Shown here in pieces: positions 45,972-53,906 of a stretch of 64,000 nucleotides of DNA. Numbering within the stretch: the first letter of the stretch is position 1; the number at the start of each line of letters is the position of its first letter. The notes under the pieces were generated by a model. The model worked only from the letters and a program-made list of their open reading frames with translations, did not search any database and had not been told where the DNA came from. A program made the translations under genes and the position numbers. Source of the stretch: Candidatus Multivoradales bacterium. Its GTDB lineage: Bacteria; Acidobacteriota; Thermoanaerobaculia; Multivoradales; Multivoraceae. Location: contig CBDCWI010000002.1 of the NCBI GenBank assembly GCA_965223325.1, forward strand, positions 1,376,001 to 1,440,000, read 5' to 3'.

Positions 45972-47672
45972 ATGGGAGTACAGGGCTGGACATGGCTCCT
46001 GGTCGGGCTGTCGTTTGCGATCTACCTGGGCATTGCCATCTGGAGTCGGGTTGCGTCGACCGCAGGGTTCTATGTCGCCGGGCGCGGGGTACCCGCCATT
46101 GCCAACGGCATGGCGACCGGTGCCGACTGGATGAGCGCCGCCTCGTTCATCTCGATGGCGGGCTTGATCTCCTTCATGGGCTACACCGGCACGATCTACC
46201 TCGTCGGCTGGACGGGTGGATACGTGCTGCTGGCTCTCCTGCTTGCGCCCTATCTCCGCAAGTACGGCAAGTACACCACCTCGGAGTTCGTCGGTGATCG
46301 CTACTACTCCGACACCGCACGCGCGGTAGCGGCTGCGTGCACGATCTTCGTGTCGTTCACTTACATCGCTGGCCAGATGCGCGGCGTCGGGGTGGTCTTT
46401 TCGCGCTTCCTCGAAACCGACATCAACACCGGCGTGATCATCGGCATGGTGATCGTCTTCATCTACGCCGTCCTCGGAGGGATGAAAGGCATTACCTATA
46501 CGCAGGTGGCTCAGTACTGCGTGCTGATCGTCGCCTACCTGATTCCCGCGGCGGCGATCTCTTGGCAACTGACCGGCAACCCGATTCCACAGCTCGGCTT
46601 CGGCAGCACCATCACCTCGGGCGAGAACGCCGGTATGTTCCTGCTCGAAACCCTCGATGAACTCCATCGCGAGCTCGGCTTCCCCGAGTACACCGCCGCC
46701 TGGGCAGCAGGCAAGAAGGGCATGGTCGACGTGCTCGCGATCACACTGTCACTCATGGTTGGAACCGCCGGCCTGCCGCACGTCCTGATTCGGTTCTACA
46801 CCGTCAAGAGCGCCCGCGCCGCCCGCTGGAGCGCCCTTTGGGCACTGCTCTTCATCGCTCTCCTCTACACCACCGCGCCAGCCGTTGCGGCCTTCGCGCG
46901 CGCCAACATGATCCAGACGCTCCAGGGAGTCCCGTACGCCGAGGCGCCCGAATGGTTCAAGAGCTGGGAGTCGACCGGTCTGATCGGTTTTGAAGACAAG
47001 AACGGTGACGGCCTCATCTTGTATGGCGGCGACCCGGCAACCAACGAGCTGACCGTCGACCGCGACATCATGGTGCTCGCCAATCCCGAGATCGCTCAGC
47101 TCCCGGCCTGGGTGGTGGGCCTGGTCGCGGCAGGCGGCCTTGCCGCGGCGCTCTCGACCGCGGCGGGTCTCCTTCTGGTCATTGCCTCGGCAATCTCGCA
47201 CGACCTCGGGAAGTCCATTCTCGCCAAGAACATGGACGCGAAAGCAGAACTGCGCCTCGCCCGCATCGCGGCAGGCTTCGCGGTGTTGGTGGCCGCCTAC
47301 TTCGGCATCAATCCGCCGGGCTTCGTCGCCCAGGTCGTCGCTTTTGCCTTTGGCCTCGCCGCCTCGAGCTTCTTTCCGATTCTGGTGCTCGGGGTGTTCA
47401 CAAAGAGCACCACCAGGGCAGGCGCCATCTGGGGTATGTCGAGCGGCATCCTGTTCACCGCTTGCTACATCGTGTGGTTCCGCTTCATTCATCCGGAGGC
47501 GGGAGCAGAGAGTTGGCTCTTCGGCATTAGCCCCGAGGGCATCGGCGCGATTGGGATGCTGGTCAACTTCGCCGTCGCGCTCCTCGTCAGCCGCTTCACC
47601 GAGACGCCGCCGCAAGAAGTGCGCGAACTGATCGACGAAATCCGACTGCCACGGGAGCCAGCTGCGAGCTGA
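45972..47672 (+). CDS. Sodium:solute symporter (ActP-related)
   Basis: FYVAGR, NGMATGADWMSAASFISMAG, GGMKGITYTQVAQY, GTAGLPHVLIRFYT, AAGGLAAALSTAAGLL. Confidence 0.95.
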   Translation: MGVQGWTWLLVGLSFAIYLGIAIWSRVASTAGFYVAGRGVPAIANGMATGADWMSAASFISMAGLISFMGYTGTIYLVGWTGGYVLLALLLAPYLRKYGKYTTSEFVGDRYYSDTARAVAAACTIFVSFTYIAGQMRGVGVVFSRFLETDINTGVIIGMVIVFIYAVLGGMKGITYTQVAQYCVLIVAYLIPAAAISWQLTGNPIPQLGFGSTITSGENAGMFLLETLDELHRELGFPEYTAAWAAGKKGMVDVLAITLSLMVGTAGLPHVLIRFYTVKSARAARWSALWALLFIALLYTTAPAVAAFARANMIQTLQGVPYAEAPEWFKSWESTGLIGFEDKNGDGLILYGGDPATNELTVDRDIMVLANPEIAQLPAWVVGLVAAGGLAAALSTAAGLLLVIASAISHDLGKSILAKNMDAKAELRLARIAAGFAVLVAAYFGINPPGFVAQVVAFAFGLAASSFFPILVLGVFTKSTTRAGAIWGMSSGILFTACYIVWFRFIHPEAGAESWLFGISPEGIGAIGMLVNFAVALLVSRFTETPPQEVRELIDEIRLPREPAAS

Positions 47673-47796
47673 GCCGTCGGCAGGAGAGGCGTCATGTGAC
47701 GTTTGGGCGCATTGACGGTCTAAGTGCACAGATCCCCTCCGCCTCATTCGAGGCAGACAACCCTCGACCTCGCACACAAGACCCAAGGAGTGCACC

Positions 47797-48327
47797 ATGC
47801 CCTATGAAGACACCTTCTCCGAAGACGACTGGTTCCTTCTCCGCTCGACCCCAGTCCTGGTTGGGGCCGCGATGGCCAACGCCGGCCGCAGTGGCATCCT
47901 CGGCACCCTCAAGGAAGCCATGGCTTCATCGAGCGCCGTCGGCCAGGGCGCCAAGGAACTTGCCGACAATGGCCTGATCAGCGAGATGTTGCGCCAGGAC
48001 AAAGAAGCCGCCGACGGCAGCGTCACTGCCGCGGTTCAGCTGGCGCGGGAGCACCAGAGCCGCGCCATGTCGCGACTCGAGGAGAGCGGCGTCAAGGACG
48101 GCGAAGATCTGATCCGCCTGGTGCTCGATGACTGCCGCGAGGTCGCTCGGATGCTCGACTCCAAGGCAGCGCCCGAAGACGCATCGGGCTACCGTTCGTG
48201 GGCACTCGGCGTCGCCGAGAGCGTTGCCAAGGCCGCCAAGGAGGGTGGCTTTCTCGGTATCGGAGGCGAGAGGGTCAGCGAGGGAGAAAAGCAGCTCCTC
48301 GAGGAAATCCGCACCGCCCTGTCCTGA
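47797..48327 (+). CDS. Conserved hypothetical helical protein (possibly TerB-like fold)
   Basis: AAGGAG RBS; VAKAAKEGGFLGIGGERVSEGE motif. Confidence 0.8.
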   Translation: MPYEDTFSEDDWFLLRSTPVLVGAAMANAGRSGILGTLKEAMASSSAVGQGAKELADNGLISEMLRQDKEAADGSVTAAVQLAREHQSRAMSRLEESGVKDGEDLIRLVLDDCREVARMLDSKAAPEDASGYRSWALGVAESVAKAAKEGGFLGIGGERVSEGEKQLLEEIRTALS

Positions 48328-48366
48328 CCCCACACCCGCGAAATCCCAGAATCACCCCAGTCAATT

Positions 48367-48395
48367 GCCCGGGAAACGCCCGGGAAACGCCCGGG
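48367..48395. repeat. About 2.6 copies of 11-bp GCCCGGGAAAC between convergent genes
   Basis: gcccgggaaac gcccgggaaac gcccggg read directly. Confidence 0.7.
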
Positions 48396-49922
48396 CTAGT
48401 TGCTGCTGGCGGCTTCCAGGGTCTTTTGCTTTTCGGCGAGTGCTCTTTCATCGAGGAGCACGCCGCCGAGGATGACTGCCCGCACGCTGGCGGTGTTGCG
48501 GATGTCGGCGAGCGGGTCACCATCGAGGAGGACCAGGTCGGCGAGGTTCCCGGGAGCGATGACGCCGGTGTCTGGGCGGCCGAAGACTCTGGCTGGGACG
48601 CTGGTTGCTGTGGCGATCGCCTGACTGGGAGTGAGGCCGGCTTTGACGAAGAGAAGGAGCTCGTCGTGCAGGCTGATGCCAGGAACGACCCAAGGCACCT
48701 CGGCCTCGAGAACTGCATCGGTGCCGGCGAGGATCGGAACACCCGCTCGGTGCACGCGACCGACGAGAGAAGCGAGGAGGTCGCGGGTGGCCCGAAAGGC
48801 CGTGCGGTCCTCTTCAGTCAACCGTAGCTCGAGCGACTCCCAGGCGGTTCTCACATCAGCCGGTACGAAGCGCATCCTCTCGTCCTGGCGGAGGGCGACG
48901 CCTTCGAACACCGGGTCGGCAGATCGCAGACCGGGGTACTGAACGACCAGCGTCGGCACCCAGGCAGTCCCAGACGCGGCAAGCGCCTCGATGAGGCGAG
49001 CGGCGCGCTGATCGTCGAAGGTGTCGTGCAGCTTCTGCAGGTAGTCGGCCGACAGTGCCTCCTGGAAGGGGATGAAGGGGCGCTGGCGCTCGCGGCCGAG
49101 AGACATGGCAGCCGCGATCTCAGACCGCAGCTCTTCCTCGGCACTCGAGCACGCCATCAGAAGAGTGCCGAAGGCACTGCCTTCGTGCTCGATCGTGCGC
49201 TGACCCTGGCCGAGCGCATGGAGAACCGGTACTTCGACAGCCAGGTGGCCATCGACCGGCAGGCCCTGGGTCCTGGCGGCCGCCACGACCGCGTCGTACT
49301 CCGGGAGCGTCAACCAGTCCCGCACCTTGACGAAGTCGCTCCCCAGTTCGGCGAGGGCAGTGACCTCGGCGGCGGCTGTCTCCGGCGTGACATGCCAGTG
49401 GCCCGAGTAGTCGATCGGCGACGCGCCATCGATGTTCGGACCCGCAACCAGGAGGCGCGGTCGAAGCGCCGCTGGCGTGCTCTGGGTGTCGCGCCGAGCG
49501 TTCTGAATCTGAACCAGCACCTCGCTGCACTCTGGCGGACACCCCATGTCGCGCAGCGAGGTCACGCCATTCAACAGGTAGAGGTCGAGCACCTCCGGGC
49601 TGGCGAAGCTATGGGCGTGCGCGTCCCAGAGGCCCGGAATCAGGAAGCGCCCGTCGCCATCCAAGACCCGCGCTCCGGCGCGACGGTACTCCTCGACGTC
49701 GACCCCGCCGCTCGCCGAGATGCTCTCGATTCGGTCGCGACGAACGACCACGGTTTGCCCTGTTTGCGCTTCCCCACCACTTCCGTCGATGACGGTGACG
49801 CCGGCGATGACCAACGCCGGACTCGCGGCCAACGGGGCGACGGGCTCTCGATCGCCACAGGCCACCGCCGCACAAAAGGCCGTGCCGAGCAGAACGCCGC
49901 GGAAGATGCGTGGGCTTCGAAT
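48396..49922 (-). CDS. Amidohydrolase family probable lipoprotein (start codon non-canonical or uncertain)
   Basis: LIPGLWDAHAH, GVTSLRDMG, DFVK, DGH, TIEH, AGTDA, GNLADLVLLDGDP; lipobox AVA-C preceded by an in-frame signal peptide. Confidence 0.88.
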   Translation of the reverse strand: MRSPRIFRGVLLGTAFCAAVACGDREPVAPLAASPALVIAGVTVIDGSGGEAQTGQTVVVRRDRIESISASGGVDVEEYRRAGARVLDGDGRFLIPGLWDAHAHSFASPEVLDLYLLNGVTSLRDMGCPPECSEVLVQIQNARRDTQSTPAALRPRLLVAGPNIDGASPIDYSGHWHVTPETAAAEVTALAELGSDFVKVRDWLTLPEYDAVVAAARTQGLPVDGHLAVEVPVLHALGQGQRTIEHEGSAFGTLLMACSSAEEELRSEIAAAMSLGRERQRPFIPFQEALSADYLQKLHDTFDDQRAARLIEALAASGTAWVPTLVVQYPGLRSADPVFEGVALRQDERMRFVPADVRTAWESLELRLTEEDRTAFRATRDLLASLVGRVHRAGVPILAGTDAVLEAEVPWVVPGISLHDELLLFVKAGLTPSQAIATATSVPARVFGRPDTGVIAPGNLADLVLLDGDPLADIRNTASVRAVILGGVLLDERALAEKQKTLEAASSN

Positions 49923-49946
49923 GGTCGGTCGCTTCTCCTGGCTCAG

Positions 49947-52403
49947 TCACTCGCCATAGGCTGAGTCTTCTGCCGGGAAGAGGGTCTCGAGAATGTCGTC
50001 CTGCTGGCCTTTCCAGCCCGCAAAGAGTGGTGTGTAGCCCATCGGCAGTTCAGTGACCGGCACCTGCTGCTGGCGCAGCTCTTCGAGAAGCCTCTTGCTT
50101 GCCTCTTCTGCAGTGAGGGTATTGCCGAAGTCGTAGTCGCGATTGCTGTAGGTGACAAGAACATGCTCCGGCTTGGGGCCGCCGGCCGCGATGAGACGCG
50201 TGATCTCCTCCACCATCGGGTCGGTTGGGTAGAACGTCTGCAATGCGGCTCTCTGGAACACTTCGGGTAAACGAAGTGCAGCGTAGATCGCCGAAACCGC
50301 TGCCGAACCCGGTCCCATGATCGCACGGTTCTTCCGATCGGTACGATAGTGGCGGTCGACGTGCGGAATCAGCTCGGCGGTCAAGAACCGGTTGTAGTCG
50401 TCCGCCTTTGCGCCGCCATACTCGGCCGCATCCGACCGCGGAACGAAAACCGCGACCAGCGGCCGCACGCTCTTGCCCACCAGGTTGTCGAGCGTGTTGG
50501 AAAAGCTCGCAAAGTCGAGGTATTGGCCACCGTGGTTTACGTACAGCGTCGGGTAGCGAACGGTCGCATCGGCATCGTAGTCGTGCGGGCGCCAGACCTC
50601 GATCTGCCGCGTGTTGTCGAGGATCTCCGAACGGAACTGAAAAACGTCGATCGTCCCGCGCTGGGCATCCTCAGCCGGGTCGTCGAGATGTGACTCGGCG
50701 GGCCAGCCCGGGGTGTAGACCTGGGAGAAGACCGCGAAGCCCTCATCCGACGATTGTGGGTTGGAAGGGTCGGGTCCCGGTGACTCGTAGTCGACCGCCA
50801 GCTGATAGGCGTACTGCGATGCTGGCTGGAGCTCGACACTGTGCCACCAAAGGTCGGTCCCCGCCAGGTGCTCGAACGCCTCTGCCGGTTGGCCGTTGAA
50901 ACTGATCGCCACGTCCTGGGCTTTACCGCGATGGAAGAAGTGCACCAGTCCGTCTTCGCCTTCGATGAGCGGCGACTCTTCGATCGACGCGAAGCGTTCC
51001 TCGACCGCCGCCTGGCGCCGACCCTCGGGCATTGCCTCGACCCCTTCGAGCCAGGCACCGAAATCGCCGAGGCGTGCGGTTGTCTCGACGGGCGCCAGCG
51101 TCGGCTGGAGATTGCGATCGACCCTTACCTTCGCCAGATGTGAAAGGTTGCGGACGTAGAACGCACCGTCTCCAAACGCCGGGAACGGATGGTCGCCGGC
51201 CTCGAGTGCCTTGATCCGGGTGACCTCGCGGTAGCCGTCGGGGTTGGCGTCGACGATGACCAGGGCACCCGAGCTCTCGAGCACCGCCAGATCGTCACCG
51301 ACACGCGCTAGACCCAGTGACTCGAGCGCGCGAACCCGCCAGGCGATCTCGCCGGTGGCGACGTCGACAGAAGTGAGAATCGAACCGGTGAAACCGTACA
51401 GGTGCCCTCCCACCCGCACCGGAATCGCGTAGCCGCGACCCAACGCCCGTGTACTCCACACTTCTTCGACTTCATCAAGAGTCGCCTGGTAGAGCTTCGC
51501 GCCTGCGTCGTAGTTGACCACGAAGCGACCGGCCCCGAGATCGACCACGTGCGGCAAGTCCTCCGTCTGCGTCCCTTCTGTATGCCTCAAACTCCACAGC
51601 ACCCGACCGTCGCCGGCATCGAAGGCCAGCAGGTGCTGGCGCCCTGCCAGCACGATGACCGCACGACCATCAATCTCGAGGACACTCGGCGTCTGGTAGG
51701 CGACATCGTCAGTGCCCGAGGTCCAGGCAGGTTCGCCGGTGATCCGATCAAGAGCAGTCAGAGCGTGCCCCTCGCCACCGGTGGCGATATAGACCAGGTC
51801 GCCAAGGACCACCGGCGAAGTCGCGTACCCCCACTCGGGAGTCGTCGAGTTGTCCTCAGTCAGATCGAACTGCCACTTTCGACTGCCAGTCGCGGCGTCA
51901 ACCGCTACTACCTGCCCATGCCCCCCAACCAGATAGACAACCCCCCGATCGATCGCCGGCGTGCTCATCGGACCGTCATCCGAACCATCGTGACCCGCGT
52001 ACTTCGGACCGATCTCGTAGCGCCAGATCTCGTCCCCAGAGGCAGCCTCGAACGCCGCCAGCACATCCACCTCGCCGCTGGTGAACGCGGTGACGACGCG
52101 ACCGTCGGCAAGCGAGATGTTCGAGTAGCCCGAGCCAATCTCGATTTGCCATTCAACGGCCAGACCGTACGGCCCGTCGGGCAGCACTGGCTCCGCCTCG
52201 AGGTCGTTCGCACTGCCGCGAAACGACGACCAGGTGTCGACCTCGGCGGCGTGAGCGGGCGAGAAAGAGAACACCAGCGCCAGGCCGAAACCAGCGACGA
52301 GGACCGGAATCAAAAGGCGATCGAAAGCGAAAGGGCGAGCGACTCCGTCGAGGTAGAGCAAGGCCATCTCTCCTAGGGGTGTGTTCCAGGCGGTGGGTTT
52401 CAA
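49947..52403 (-). CDS. Secreted PQQ/BamB-like beta-propeller fused to a Fes-like esterase module with degenerate catalytic motifs
   Basis: WSSFRG, GSGYS, ASGDEIW, STP, ATGSRKW; SEILDNTRQIEVW, YPTLYVNHG, LDNL, ELIPHVDRHY; start uncertain. Confidence 0.85.
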   Translation of the reverse strand: MKPTAWNTPLGEMALLYLDGVARPFAFDRLLIPVLVAGFGLALVFSFSPAHAAEVDTWSSFRGSANDLEAEPVLPDGPYGLAVEWQIEIGSGYSNISLADGRVVTAFTSGEVDVLAAFEAASGDEIWRYEIGPKYAGHDGSDDGPMSTPAIDRGVVYLVGGHGQVVAVDAATGSRKWQFDLTEDNSTTPEWGYATSPVVLGDLVYIATGGEGHALTALDRITGEPAWTSGTDDVAYQTPSVLEIDGRAVIVLAGRQHLLAFDAGDGRVLWSLRHTEGTQTEDLPHVVDLGAGRFVVNYDAGAKLYQATLDEVEEVWSTRALGRGYAIPVRVGGHLYGFTGSILTSVDVATGEIAWRVRALESLGLARVGDDLAVLESSGALVIVDANPDGYREVTRIKALEAGDHPFPAFGDGAFYVRNLSHLAKVRVDRNLQPTLAPVETTARLGDFGAWLEGVEAMPEGRRQAAVEERFASIEESPLIEGEDGLVHFFHRGKAQDVAISFNGQPAEAFEHLAGTDLWWHSVELQPASQYAYQLAVDYESPGPDPSNPQSSDEGFAVFSQVYTPGWPAESHLDDPAEDAQRGTIDVFQFRSEILDNTRQIEVWRPHDYDADATVRYPTLYVNHGGQYLDFASFSNTLDNLVGKSVRPLVAVFVPRSDAAEYGGAKADDYNRFLTAELIPHVDRHYRTDRKNRAIMGPGSAAVSAIYAALRLPEVFQRAALQTFYPTDPMVEEITRLIAAGGPKPEHVLVTYSNRDYDFGNTLTAEEASKRLLEELRQQQVPVTELPMGYTPLFAGWKGQQDDILETLFPAEDSAYGE

Positions 52404-52530
52404 GGGGTGTTTGAGGGCGGTACTTCGCCTCCCTTAGAAACCCGACGTGCCGAGAAAGTTCCCAAAAGAGTGGAAAAACTCGACTCTGGGACGAGTGGCC
52501 GGTGGCGTCACACCAACCGCTGCCAGGCCC

Positions 52531-53616
52531 CTACTTTCCCAGGTCCTCAAGGGCCTCTTTTTCGAGCAAGCGAGCGCCGCGCATGATGTTGCCGAGCGCA
52601 TAGTTGCCCTCGTGGCAAGCGTACTCGTAGACCTTCTCTTCGGGCGCATTGCGCCAGATGTACTCGCCGGTCCACGGCTCCTCCCACACGGTGTCGTCCT
52701 CGACCGTAAAGCGGTAGAGCAGGTTGCCGTCGTCTTGCCTGGTCAGGTGCTCGGTGACTGTCATGTTTTCCGAACCGCCGCGACCCTGCACCCCGGGGCG
52801 AAAGTTGGTGGTCTCGATGACCAGGGTGTCGCCCTCCCACCAGCCGATCGAGTCGCCGAGCCACGAGCGCTCGTCGGGGGGAGCGTGTTCTGAGTTCATC
52901 CGCACGATACGCGCATCGTGATTCATCTCGATGAGGATCATGACGTGGTCCTCGGTCTGGATGACCCGCTTGTAGTTGTTGTAGAGCGACGGGAAGGTGG
53001 GAGTGGCGCCGGTGAATCCCAGCAGACAACGCTCGGCGGTTCCCCGCTGCTCCATGTTGTCGTAGGGGCCGGGTACGACGTCTTCGTAGACCCACCAGGC
53101 CCTGCCTTCGTTGGCACGACGGAAGCTGGAGAAGCGCTTCATGCGCTCCTTGCGTGCCTCTGGTGTCATCGCCGGCATCTGGCCGTCCTTCGGCTCGACC
53201 AGAATCGAGGTGCGGAACTTGCCGTCGACGAGGAAGGCGTCGGAGCCACGGTCGATCCAGAAGGTGTTGTAGCCACCGACGTTGCCAGCGGCGCCCTCCG
53301 AGCCGTCTCCACCTTCAGGCGGCGCCTCGCGGTCGGGGTCGCTGGCCTGAGAGCGTGACTCGAGCAGGAGGCGCTCGGCCTCGGCAATCTCTTCGGCTTC
53401 TTCGGGGGTCAGATAGAGGTTGTCGCCGTACTCTCGAGGACGCACCAGCGGCGTGAGGGTGGCGGCGTCGTAGGTCCCCGAAAGGTCCGGTTTGCCGTAG
53501 GACGTCCGCCGGACGCCTTCGTCTTCGGCCGGCGCGGCGCCTACCAGGGAAGCAACGAGTGCAACGAACGAGAGGGCGGCGAAGGTCCGAGCGGGAAAGC
53601 GGAAACGTTGCTTCAC
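52531..53616 (-). CDS. Secreted hypothetical protein of the GKPDLSG...YEYACHEGN family
   Basis: Signal peptide; RTSYGKPDLSG, ERCLLG, WLGDSIGWWEGDTLVIETTNF, YEYACHEGN; AGGAGG RBS. Confidence 0.85.
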   Translation of the reverse strand: MKQRFRFPARTFAALSFVALVASLVGAAPAEDEGVRRTSYGKPDLSGTYDAATLTPLVRPREYGDNLYLTPEEAEEIAEAERLLLESRSQASDPDREAPPEGGDGSEGAAGNVGGYNTFWIDRGSDAFLVDGKFRTSILVEPKDGQMPAMTPEARKERMKRFSSFRRANEGRAWWVYEDVVPGPYDNMEQRGTAERCLLGFTGATPTFPSLYNNYKRVIQTEDHVMILIEMNHDARIVRMNSEHAPPDERSWLGDSIGWWEGDTLVIETTNFRPGVQGRGGSENMTVTEHLTRQDDGNLLYRFTVEDDTVWEEPWTGEYIWRNAPEEKVYEYACHEGNYALGNIMRGARLLEKEALEDLGK

Positions 53617-53906
53617 GGTTCTGTCCTCCTACCGATCGCAGAAAGCGCAACGATCGGTTCATGTTCGCGAGAGCCGAGGGGGCTCTGCGCAGTATAGACC
53701 GATCGTCCAATCCCCAGAGGAGGCCCCAGAGGAGGCCCCGGAGGAGGACCATGGGAGGCAGTCCTCTCTACCCTGCGACGCCCTGAACGATGGCGCTGGC
53801 GGAACTCTACGGGCGGAGCTGGTGTTTCCAGCCGTTCAAACGAAAAGCTTCCCGAGGCACCAGAGCGCCTCGGGAAGCCGTTCATTGTCTCCAACTGTGG
53901 TAACGA

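Noticed and set aside
48396-52403. UGA read-through or selenocysteine fusion of the PQQ-esterase and amidohydrolase genes
   Set aside because: Same frame, but a complete lipoprotein signal follows the stop, the position is not a catalytic Cys site, and no SECIS-like hairpin is evident
53712-53747. Three 12-bp CCCC(A/G)GAGGAGG repeats resembling multiple RBS or CsrA sites
   Set aside because: GGAGG lies on the strand opposite both flanking genes; the following ATG opens only a very short ORF; treated as a simple tandem repeat
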